Below, piece after piece: positions 8,534 through 16,143 of a stretch of 32,000 nucleotides of DNA. Made by a program: the position numbers and the translations under genes. The notes under the pieces were generated by a model. That model searched no databases. It was not told where the DNA came from and worked only from the letters and a program-made list of their open reading frames with translations. How positions within the stretch are numbered: position 1 is the first letter of the stretch; every line of letters starts with the position of its first letter. Source of the DNA: Faecalibaculum rodentium (lineage in GTDB: Bacteria; Bacillota_I; Bacilli_A; Erysipelotrichales; Erysipelotrichaceae); the NCBI RefSeq assembly GCF_001564455.1, contig NZ_CP011391.1:1080001-1112000 (forward strand), read 5' to 3'.

Positions 8534-8593
8534 AAAAAAGGCATCAGTGCCTGTTTCTGCAATCCATGCAGAAACGGGGTTGATGCCTTTTCC
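8534..8593. terminator. bidirectional rho-independent terminator between convergent genes
   Basis: The outer stem pairs AAAAGGCATCA (8536-8546) with TGATGCCTTTT (8581-8591). An inner stem pairs TTTCTGCA with TGCAGAAA. A-run on one side and T-run on the other. Confidence 0.7.
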
Positions 8594-8596
8594 TGT

Positions 8597-9718
8597 TTAC
8601 ATGCCGGCCGGTTCCTGTTCTGTATCGTTATCCTCTGATTCAGGCAGGGCCAGCGCCTCTGCCTCCATCCAGCCAAGAACGCTGTTGTGTTTGACCAGGA
8701 CCTGGTCCTGACAGCGAAGGACAACAGAAACCCGTTCACCTGCCTGCGCCGGCATCCGGTAATTGGTGTATTCGCTGACCGAACCGGACTGCACAAATGC
8801 ATCCGGGACCCAGAAGGATCGCCGCAGCCAGTCAGAATGCACCAGCGACTGTTCTCCCGCATGATCCAGGACCGAGATGTCCCGGTGATTCCAGCTCATG
8901 GCGAAGGGAATCTGCACCCCGGGATCTGTGTCCTTCAACACGACTGCCTGTTCCAGATCATCAGCCGACACGGTCGTGACGTTACGGCCCTGAAAGATGA
9001 CTGCATTGAGCTGACCGGATCTCTTCACCACATTCCCGCCATCGATTGACCAGATGTTCCGGGCCGGATCGAAAACGGGAGAAAAGTCGATCACTCTGTT
9101 CCGGTATTCGGAAACCGGCATGTGACCAACCACGACGGGTTTTGAGAACCGCTTGTCGGTGTGAAGGAAAAACGGTGTGGTCATGACCTCCCGGAAGTCC
9201 GATCCGAAGTGCTCTTCATCCATGATGGCCGCATGGGCATAAATCCGGTCAGGCGATACAAGAACATGCGGAAGATCCGCCAGAAACTGCAGCTCCGGCA
9301 GGAAGGCCTGACGGATCCTGTGACAGAATTCATCCATCTCCATTCCGGCAGGATCAATGCCCAGTGCTTCTGCCATTTCCATGATCAGAGATTGCCGTGA
9401 TGTGATGACGGATCTCAGAAACTGCAGCCGGTAGGAAAACAGCACGTTTTTGGCGGTGAAATCACAGTTTCCCATCAGACACCACACATTTCCGGTCCGC
9501 ACCTGTTCCATGACGAAGCGCAAAAGGGCCAGATTTTCCGGCCCTTTTTCCACGAGATCACCTGCCAGGATCAGCCGGTCCACCCCGTGGCGATATCGGC
9601 ATTTCTTCAGCAGCTGCTGATATACCGCGAGATTGCCATGAATATCGGATATCACGATCTCCTTGGCTTCCGGATCTGTCAGCTCCGGCAAGGCATGAAC
9701 CACAACTGACCGGTTCAT
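8597..9718 (-). CDS. calcineurin-fold metallophosphoesterase with a GNCD motif variant and a ~130 aa C-terminal extension
   Basis: 373 aa. Motifs VISDIHGN, LAGDLVEKG, MGNCDF and VVGHMP. The start ATG overlaps the upstream stop as ATGA (9715-9718). Confidence 0.85.
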   Translation of the reverse strand: MNRSVVVHALPELTDPEAKEIVISDIHGNLAVYQQLLKKCRYRHGVDRLILAGDLVEKGPENLALLRFVMEQVRTGNVWCLMGNCDFTAKNVLFSYRLQFLRSVITSRQSLIMEMAEALGIDPAGMEMDEFCHRIRQAFLPELQFLADLPHVLVSPDRIYAHAAIMDEEHFGSDFREVMTTPFFLHTDKRFSKPVVVGHMPVSEYRNRVIDFSPVFDPARNIWSIDGGNVVKRSGQLNAVIFQGRNVTTVSADDLEQAVVLKDTDPGVQIPFAMSWNHRDISVLDHAGEQSLVHSDWLRRSFWVPDAFVQSGSVSEYTNYRMPAQAGERVSVVLRCQDQVLVKHNSVLGWMEAEALALPESEDNDTEQEPAGM

Positions 9719-10473
9719 CGTTCCATCAGGAAGCGCAGGAAATCCGCGGCTTCCTCCTGCCAGGAAGCTTCCGTGTGTTCTCCCTGGGGCTTGACATTGA
9801 ACCGCACGCTCATGCCCTTGTCCATCAGCAGGTTGGCCAGATCCGTGCAGGCCGCGGTTTCTTCAATGAACGCATGCATTCCAGTCCCTTCATGAGCCCC
9901 CCAGGAGACGTACATCCGTGCCGGCAGATGCAGCCGGCAGGATGAAACGTCCGCCATCAGTGTACCCAGAACCGGCAGCACATAGGGAGAGATCACAAGT
10001 GACCGGGAATAGACATCGGAATGCCGGCAGGCAGCGTACAGTGCCATGAGGCCGCCGCAGCTGCTGCCGCCGATCCACGTCCAGCGCCGTCCGGGTCTGG
10101 TGGGAAAGTGGGCATCAATATAGGGTTTCAGGTCGTTGATGAAGAAATCCATGGTCGCTTCTCCTTTTCCTGAAAAATACCCGAACTGCGCATCATAGAA
10201 GGGAAACGGCCCGTATTCGTCCAGACGGGCATTGCCTTCGTGGGAACATTCCTGTCCAACCACGATCAGATCGGCACCGGCTGCCTGGATTTCCTCCTGC
10301 AGCCGCCAGGAGCGGCCGAAGGTGGCGTCTTCATCAAAAAACAGGTTGTGTCCGTCAAACATGTACAGCACGGGGTAGTCCCGGCCGGATGTCAGGTAGT
10401 CATCCGGCAGATACATGTGGATCATCCGGCTGCACTGCAGCTTTTCCATGAAGACTTCAAACTTGAGGATCAT
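9715..10473 (-). CDS. alpha/beta-hydrolase, 'putative esterase' (PF00756-like) family
   Basis: 252 aa. YPVLYMFDGHNLF, the nucleophile elbow IGGSSCGGLMAL (G-x-S-x-G), and a C-terminal His region. The start overlaps the ATP-grasp stop as ATGA (10470-10473). An alternative start is at 10449. Confidence 0.8.
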   Translation of the reverse strand: MILKFEVFMEKLQCSRMIHMYLPDDYLTSGRDYPVLYMFDGHNLFFDEDATFGRSWRLQEEIQAAGADLIVVGQECSHEGNARLDEYGPFPFYDAQFGYFSGKGEATMDFFINDLKPYIDAHFPTRPGRRWTWIGGSSCGGLMALYAACRHSDVYSRSLVISPYVLPVLGTLMADVSSCRLHLPARMYVSWGAHEGTGMHAFIEETAACTDLANLLMDKGMSVRFNVKPQGEHTEASWQEEAADFLRFLMER

Positions 10474-11657
10474 TGCCGTTCAAATGCCTTCAGGAAGAAC
10501 TCTGCCCTCCGCTCCATGGAAGTGAATCGTGCCTTGATGGTCACATCTCCCATCGCTGCTGCAAAGGCAGGCGGCAGGTATTCCGTGTTCAGGAGCTCCG
10601 GCCGGAACATGTCCTCGATTTCATGCACCGAGTACCGGTAGGGCACGCCGTTGCGCCGTCCTGCGAATCCTGCGGAGAATTTCAGCCTGGAAGACACAGA
10701 TGTCTCGTGCCCGGTGATGACCTGTGCCCAGAGGTCGTAGATGTCCATGTCGTTGGAGTAGTTGAGCAGATCCGGTGCAAATCCTCCGGGTGGACGGAAA
10801 TTCACCTCCAGCCCCATGAGCATGCCCTTTTTCCCGAGCCCCGGCTTGTCTTCCCGCAGACGGAAGTATTCACCGTGGAAGAACCGGCTCCGGATCCCGA
10901 AGGAATCCGCGACCCGCTGCGCGATCTGGCGGTATTCATCGCTCACGTCGAAGGTGTAGTACGTACCGATGGAGTCATGCTGCTGTACAGAATCCATGCA
11001 GTTGCCGACATATTCCATGCTGCCCAGAAAGCGGATCTGGCCGTCCTGGTCGGTGATGCCATCCAGCGTGATCACGTCCGCGTCGATGTATTCCTCCAGG
11101 ATCATGTGCAGGTCCCTTGTCTGCTCGAAGCAGGATACCAGCTGGGCATCGTCTGAGATTTTGTAGGTGAAGGATGCGCCCACACCATGGTCAGGCTTGA
11201 GCACGACAGGGAAGCCGACTTCCTGTACAAAGGCCCGGGCCTCTTCCAGCGTCTTTGGCAGGCAGTAGCGGGAGACAGGAACGCCTGCCCGTTCATAGTA
11301 TTGTTTCATGGCGGCCTTTGACTGGAATTCCGTGATCTGTTCAAGGCTGAACCCGGTTGTCACATGGAAGTCATCCCGCAGCCGGGCATCCAGCGTGAGC
11401 CAGGCTTCGTTGTTGGACTCGATCCAGTCGATTTTGCCATACTTCCAGGTAAAATAGCCCGCTGCCCTGAGCACTTCCTGGTAGTCATGGAAGCTTTTCA
11501 CCACAAAGCATTCGTCGATGTTGGCCCTGAGCTCCGGCTTCAGGGAATCATAGGGCTGATCCACCACCGCCAGCACTCTGGCCCCCTGCCGCTTGAGTCC
11601 CCGGCAGAACATCCAGAAACTTTCCGGATAATTGGGACTGATAAACAAAAAATTCAT
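10470..11657 (-). CDS. ATP-grasp domain ligase of unassigned specificity
   Basis: 395 aa. A pre-ATP-grasp N-terminus (MNFLFISPNYPE...ARVLAV), FPVVLKPDHGVGASFTYKI (ATP-binding Lys region), EEYI, and LEVNFRPPGG (the E-x-N metal/ATP motif). Confidence 0.8.
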   Translation of the reverse strand: MNFLFISPNYPESFWMFCRGLKRQGARVLAVVDQPYDSLKPELRANIDECFVVKSFHDYQEVLRAAGYFTWKYGKIDWIESNNEAWLTLDARLRDDFHVTTGFSLEQITEFQSKAAMKQYYERAGVPVSRYCLPKTLEEARAFVQEVGFPVVLKPDHGVGASFTYKISDDAQLVSCFEQTRDLHMILEEYIDADVITLDGITDQDGQIRFLGSMEYVGNCMDSVQQHDSIGTYYTFDVSDEYRQIAQRVADSFGIRSRFFHGEYFRLREDKPGLGKKGMLMGLEVNFRPPGGFAPDLLNYSNDMDIYDLWAQVITGHETSVSSRLKFSAGFAGRRNGVPYRYSVHEIEDMFRPELLNTEYLPPAFAAAMGDVTIKARFTSMERRAEFFLKAFERQ

Positions 11658-11677
11658 ATATTCTCTTTCTAAACTTC

Positions 11678-11706
11678 ATTTTACGATTCATGCCTGCACG
11701 TGCCAG
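11678..11706 (-). promoter_or_regulatory. promoter candidate for the ATP-grasp/esterase/phosphoesterase operon
   Basis: On the minus strand: CTGGCA (rc of 11701-11706), a 17 nt spacer, then TAAAAT (rc of 11678-11683). It is about 20 nt upstream of the ATG at 11657. Confidence 0.4.
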
Positions 11707-11720
11707 GCCGGAAACCGGAC

Positions 11721-12233
11721 TCAGCGCCCGATTTCATGGGTCTGCAGCACGGCAAGGTAAAGCGCGATCAGCGTCTTTGCGTCGCAGATCTCGTTTCGCC
11801 CTGCCATGGCCAGTGCATCTTTCAGGCTCATCCAGACCAGCTCGATGTCTTCATCCGGATCCGGCGGCAGGTGAACGGCAGCCGGTTTCGGATCATGCGC
11901 CTGATAGATATAGAGTGTTTCGTCGCAGAATCCCGGCGTGGACCAGAACTTCTGCAGAAGGGTCATGGAACTGCATTCCAGGCCTGTTTCTTCATTCAGT
12001 TCCCGCATGCCGCAGGAAAGAGGATCTTCTCCGTATTCCAGTTTCCCGGCAGGGATCTCCAGGGTCACGGCATTCACGGCCGGACGGAACTGCTTCACGA
12101 ACAGCATTTTTCCCTCACGGACCACCAGAACTCCCACCCCGCCGGGATGGCGGATGATTTCCCACGCATGACCGTCGATGGTTTCACGGCCCAGCGTGAA
12201 GATTTTTCCTTCAAACAGTGTTTCTTTTTCCAT
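11721..12233 (-). CDS. nudF: NUDIX hydrolase, ADP-ribose pyrophosphatase type
   Basis: Track ORF 11721..12254 starts at a TTG; I trimmed it to the ATG at 12233 (MEKETLFEGKIF...). The Nudix box is EIPAGKLEYGEDPLSCGMRELNEETG. From memory it is colinear with B. subtilis NudF. Confidence 0.85.
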   Translation of the reverse strand: MEKETLFEGKIFTLGRETIDGHAWEIIRHPGGVGVLVVREGKMLFVKQFRPAVNAVTLEIPAGKLEYGEDPLSCGMRELNEETGLECSSMTLLQKFWSTPGFCDETLYIYQAHDPKPAAVHLPPDPDEDIELVWMSLKDALAMAGRNEICDAKTLIALYLAVLQTHEIGR

Positions 12234-12255
12234 TTCCTTTTTCCCTTTGCCCAAG

Positions 12256-12264
12256 ATTTTACCA
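12256..12264 (-). promoter_or_regulatory. extended -10 promoter element candidate for nudF
   Basis: The minus strand reads TGGTAAAAT (TGnTAAAAT), about 25 nt upstream of the nudF ATG and just downstream of the amidase terminator. Confidence 0.4.
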
Positions 12265-12279
12265 TACCGGAAAAGATAA

Positions 12280-12301
12280 ACAAAAAAGTCCCTGCGGACT
12301 T
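12280..12301 (-). terminator. rho-independent terminator after the amidase gene
   Basis: The minus strand reads AAGTCC-GCAG-GGACTT followed by TTTTGTTT. The hairpin overlaps the amidase stop codon. Confidence 0.6.
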
Positions 12302-13022
12302 AATTGACAACTTTCAGAAATGCTTCTGCAACCGCTTCCCCGATCCGGTCCTGGTAACTTGAATCGGTGAGTTTGGCGTAGTCATCCGGATTCGTGACAT
12401 ATCCCAGCTCCAGAAGAATGCTCGGCACATCCCGGTCCATCAGGATGGGGAAGTTTGCGTAATGGTCGGAATCCACGCCTTCAAATGACGACAGATTGAT
12501 CGCGGACACTGCCTGCCCGGCCGCCGCCCCCAGTTCTTCCAGCTGTGTCTGCGGCTGGGTGAAGACCGCGAATCCCCTGGCCAGCGGATCCGGGCTGCTG
12601 GACAGCTGGACGGAAACGAGGTACTGCACACCCTGTTCCTTCATCCGCCGAAGACGGTCCTGACTGGAGGCTGCCTCAGTATCGAACACCGGAACATCGT
12701 CGGACTCACGGGTGTAGACCACCTGGTATCCGGCAGCTGACAGCTTCCGTCCGATGGCCAGTGCCAGATCCAGATTGATGTCCTTTTCAGGAATGGTTGT
12801 ATCGGACACATAGCCATAGTCGCTGCCGCCATGTCCCGCATCGACTGCTATGACGGCGTGGGACTGGCTGGATGTCATAGTGGCATCTTCGTTGGTGGTG
12901 GATCCGCTGTTGTTGACCGTGGGTACCCGGACATCCGGCGCAGTATAGGAGCTGTTGAGCCCTGGATGGAGCACAAGCAGCGCAAAGAGGCCCAGAAGCA
13001 GATAGATGGCGGCTTTTTTCAT
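12300..13022 (-). CDS. N-acetylmuramoyl-L-alanine amidase (Amidase_3 family), secreted
   Basis: 240 aa. N-terminal signal/anchor MKKAAIYLLLGLFALLVL, then IAVDAGHGGSDYG, EKDINLDLA and SILLELGYVTNPDD, which are Amidase_3 motifs. Confidence 0.88.
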   Translation of the reverse strand: MKKAAIYLLLGLFALLVLHPGLNSSYTAPDVRVPTVNNSGSTTNEDATMTSSQSHAVIAVDAGHGGSDYGYVSDTTIPEKDINLDLALAIGRKLSAAGYQVVYTRESDDVPVFDTEAASSQDRLRRMKEQGVQYLVSVQLSSSPDPLARGFAVFTQPQTQLEELGAAAGQAVSAINLSSFEGVDSDHYANFPILMDRDVPSILLELGYVTNPDDYAKLTDSSYQDRIGEAVAEAFLKVVN

Positions 13023-13059
13023 GTCCCTTTCCCCCTTTCCCGAATTCGGAAGTCTTTTC

Positions 13060-13068
13060 AGTATACCA
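13060..13068 (-). promoter_or_regulatory. extended -10 promoter element candidate for the amidase gene
   Basis: The minus strand reads TGGTATACT (TGnTATACT), about 40 nt upstream of the ATG at 13022. No convincing -35. Confidence 0.4.
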
Positions 13069-13097
13069 CAGAGCCATGAGTTGGTCGCTGTCGTCTA

Positions 13098-13106
13098 TGG
13101 TATAAT
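13098..13106 (+). promoter_or_regulatory. extended -10 promoter element candidate for scpA
   Basis: TGGTATAAT (TGnTATAAT). It lies only about 17 nt upstream of the scpA ATG, so the SD would sit at the very 5' end of the mRNA. That lowers confidence. Confidence 0.35.
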
Positions 13107-13122
13107 TGCGAAAGGTGAATGC

Positions 13123-13911
13123 ATGGAATTTTTGGTTGCACTGAATGAATTTGAAGGACCGCTGGACCTGATGCTGCATCTGGTCCGGCAGCACAAGCTG
13201 GATCTTCACAATCTGAACATGGCTGAACTGGCCGACCAGTATATCTGTTATCTGCAGTCCATGGCGGATCTTCACCTGGAGATCGCCAGCGAGTACCTGG
13301 AGGAACTGGCGCTGCTGGTCGAATACAAAAGCCGGATGCTGCTGCCCAGGCAGAAGGATGACCAGGAGGATGACTACGAGGAAGACCGGCGGCAGGATCT
13401 GGTCCGCAGGCTGCTGGAGTACCAGGCATACAAGGAAGCTGCGCAGATGCTCTCTGCCCGATACGAGGAGCGTACCCTGCTGCTTTCCCGGGCTCCGGAT
13501 TCTCGGATCAGGGAATGGAGCCGGCCGGTGGAGGAAACCTGGACCGGCACGGGGGATGAACTGGCAAAAGCCATGGAACGTGTCCTGCGACGGTATGCTG
13601 TCCTGGTCCCGCATGAAACCAGGGTCCAGACGCGGGAACTGTCCACCGGCATGCGGCGCCAGCAGATCCTTCACAGACTGCCTCCGGGAGCCCGGACGAG
13701 TCTCAGGGAGCTGTGCAGCGACTGCACAGATGTGCATATGGTCGTGGTGACATTTCTGGCCCTTCTGGATCTTCTGCACGAAGGCCTCGTGCAGGCGGTG
13801 CAGAATGAAGAGGACATCCGGATTTACAGGCCGGAGGGCGAAGCCGGCACAGAATCGGACAGGACCGCATCCGGCCAGCCCGGTCCGGCCGGCACAAAGG
13901 AGAACCAATGA
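13123..13911 (+). CDS. scpA: segregation and condensation protein A
   Basis: Track ORF 13006..13911, trimmed to the ATG at 13123 (MEFLVALNEFEGPLDLMLHLVRQHKLDLHNLNMAELADQY, the canonical ScpA N-terminus). SD AAAGGTGA upstream. Confidence 0.9.
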   Translation: MEFLVALNEFEGPLDLMLHLVRQHKLDLHNLNMAELADQYICYLQSMADLHLEIASEYLEELALLVEYKSRMLLPRQKDDQEDDYEEDRRQDLVRRLLEYQAYKEAAQMLSARYEERTLLLSRAPDSRIREWSRPVEETWTGTGDELAKAMERVLRRYAVLVPHETRVQTRELSTGMRRQQILHRLPPGARTSLRELCSDCTDVHMVVVTFLALLDLLHEGLVQAVQNEEDIRIYRPEGEAGTESDRTASGQPGPAGTKENQ

Positions 13912-14528
13912 CAGAAACAGCAGACATACCGGGCAGCCAGGCACTGAAGATTCTGGAAGGCCTGGTCTTTCTTGCCGGAGAGGACGGCCTGGATCTCTGG
14001 CAGCTGCAGACAGGCATGCCGGAATATACTCGGGAGGAACTGGAAGCAGGGCTGCACCGGCTGCAGGAAGACTGCATATCCCGCGGGATCGATCTGGTGG
14101 AGTATGCAGGCCGCTGGCGGTTTGTGGCCCGGGCAGAGGTGTTTCCCTATGCACAGGATCTCTTCCGGGAAGTCCGGCCGGCTTCTCTTTCCGCTGCTGC
14201 CCTCGAGACACTGGCGGTGATTGCCTATCGCCAGCCGGTCACCAGGGTCCAGATTGAGGAGATCCGCGGTGTGGCCTGCGATACAATGCTCAAAAAACTG
14301 CTGGCCCGCGGTTATATCGAAGCCCGCGACCGTCTTGACGCAGTGGGCCGGCCGCTGCTTTACCGCGTGACGGATGCCTTTCTGGATGCCTTCAGCCTCG
14401 AGGATCTGCAGTCGCTGCCGGAACTGTCCGCGGAAGGCGGGCAGGCCAGCCTGTTCGATGAAGTGACAGAGGAGCCTGAAGGATCTTCGGCAGATGACAG
14501 CGGACCAGGGACAGGGCAGGGGGCCTGA
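13908..14528 (+). CDS. scpB: segregation and condensation protein B
   Basis: 206 aa. ILEGLVFLAGEDGL, LETLAVIAYRQPVTRVQIEEIRGV and GRPLLYRVTDAFLDAF are ScpB winged-helix motifs. ATGA overlap with scpA. Confidence 0.9.
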   Translation: MTETADIPGSQALKILEGLVFLAGEDGLDLWQLQTGMPEYTREELEAGLHRLQEDCISRGIDLVEYAGRWRFVARAEVFPYAQDLFREVRPASLSAAALETLAVIAYRQPVTRVQIEEIRGVACDTMLKKLLARGYIEARDRLDAVGRPLLYRVTDAFLDAFSLEDLQSLPELSAEGGQASLFDEVTEEPEGSSADDSGPGTGQGA

Positions 14529-14629
14529 ACTGTCTTTGAGCAGGGCAGCCGGTGATCCGGCCGGCACAGACAGAGGCACAGAAAGCCGGATACAGTTTCC
14601 GGCAAAACGAAGCGAAAGGATGATGAATC

Positions 14630-15379
14630 ATGGAACGACTTCAGAAAGTGATTGCCCAGGCCGGGATCTGCTCCCGGCGGAAGGCGGAAGCACTCATAGC
14701 CAGGGGCAGGGTGCGGGTAAATGGAGAAGTCATCACGGAACCCGGGACCAAGGTGTCGGGCAGCGATACGATCGAGGTCAATGGACAGAGACTTGACAAG
14801 GAAGAAAAAGTCTATTACCTGATGAACAAACCGAAGGGTACGATCTGCAGCGTCAGCGACGACAAGGACCGGAAGACCGTGCTGGACTATCTGCCGAAAG
14901 ACAGGCGGATTTACCCGGTCGGACGCCTGGATTACGATACCAGCGGCATCCTCCTGCTGACCAATGACGGAGAATTCACCAACCGGATGATCCATCCACG
15001 CTATCACATTCCCAAGACCTACACCATCAACCTGCAGGGTATGCTGTCGCCTGAAGACGTACAGACACTGAAAAGCGGCCTGAAGACAAAGACGGAGACC
15101 TATCAGCCTGCACGTGTCCGGATCCTGCAGAAAGACTATACCCGGGACCGCATGATCCTGGAGCTCACGATCAGCGAGGGAAAGAATCACCAGGTGAAGA
15201 ACATGATGGAAGCCCTGGGCTGCGAAGTCCGCAGGCTGAACCGCAAGAGCTTCGGCCCGCTGACGGCGGAAGGACTCAAACCCGGCGAGTACAGGCGGCT
15301 CAACCCCCATGAGGTCAAGGAACTCCTGCGGCTGGCGTCATCTGCAGAACAGACCGACAGCGGAACCCGCCGCGCATGA
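14630..15379 (+). CDS. rluB: rRNA pseudouridine synthase, RluB/RsuA family, with an S4 domain
   Basis: 249 aa. S4 domain MERLQKVIAQAGICSRRKAEALIARGRVRVNG, and catalytic motif YPVGRLDYDTSGILLLTNDG. Confidence 0.9.
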   Translation: MERLQKVIAQAGICSRRKAEALIARGRVRVNGEVITEPGTKVSGSDTIEVNGQRLDKEEKVYYLMNKPKGTICSVSDDKDRKTVLDYLPKDRRIYPVGRLDYDTSGILLLTNDGEFTNRMIHPRYHIPKTYTINLQGMLSPEDVQTLKSGLKTKTETYQPARVRILQKDYTRDRMILELTISEGKNHQVKNMMEALGCEVRRLNRKSFGPLTAEGLKPGEYRRLNPHEVKELLRLASSAEQTDSGTRRA

Positions 15380-16143
15380 AGCAGGTGTTTGCATCAGGCC
15401 CCTGTGCTCTGGAATCCCGGATCATGCTGGACGAAAAGCAGGCCCATCATCTGTTTGATGTGCTTCGGACAGGCCCCAGGGAAACGGTACGCGTGGTCTG
15501 TGATGGGGAAGTGTGGCTGGGACATGTGGAGGAAAAACCGTTTGTCTGGCTGTTCGGCAAAGAGGAAACCCAAAAACAGGGACCAGAAATCACACTGTGC
15601 ACGGCACTGATCAAATCGGACAAATTCGAATGGATGCTGCAGAAAGCCGCAGAACTTGGCGTCACCCGCATTGTTCCCTTTGTGTCCCGGTATTCCGTGA
15701 TCCAGCTGGATGACAAACGGGCACTCCGCAAAATGGAGCGCTGGAACCAGATCCTGGTCAATGCCTGCAGACAGTGCAACCGGCATGACCTGGTGGAACT
15801 GGCGCCGGTTTCCCGTCTCGAAGACCTGGCAGCCTACAAGTCACAGCTGAATCTTGTGGCCTATGAAAAGGAACAGAGCCGCCACCTGGCCCACTATCTG
15901 CAGCAGGATCCTGCATCCGTCACATGCTGCATCGGTCCGGAAGGCGGTTTTTCCCAGCAGGAAGCTGGCTGGCTCATGGAAGCCGGGTTTGCCCCCTGCA
16001 CCCTGGGAAACCGGATCCTCCGGGCGGAGACCGCGGCATTGTATGTACTGGCGTGCTGTGAATACCAGACGCATGTCAGCGAAAAACCGGAGACCTGCCT
16101 GTCTGACAGTGAATCTCCGGCAGAGAAACAGGAGGGATGCTGA
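15376..16143 (+). CDS. rsmE: 16S rRNA (uracil1498-N3)-methyltransferase
   Basis: 255 aa. SDKFEWMLQKAAELGVTRIVP and GPEGGFSQQE...LGNRILRAETAAL are RsmE motifs. ATGA overlap with rluB. The conserved rsmE-mtaB order matches the B. subtilis yqeU-yqeV arrangement. Confidence 0.88.
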   Translation: MKQVFASGPCALESRIMLDEKQAHHLFDVLRTGPRETVRVVCDGEVWLGHVEEKPFVWLFGKEETQKQGPEITLCTALIKSDKFEWMLQKAAELGVTRIVPFVSRYSVIQLDDKRALRKMERWNQILVNACRQCNRHDLVELAPVSRLEDLAAYKSQLNLVAYEKEQSRHLAHYLQQDPASVTCCIGPEGGFSQQEAGWLMEAGFAPCTLGNRILRAETAALYVLACCEYQTHVSEKPETCLSDSESPAEKQEGC

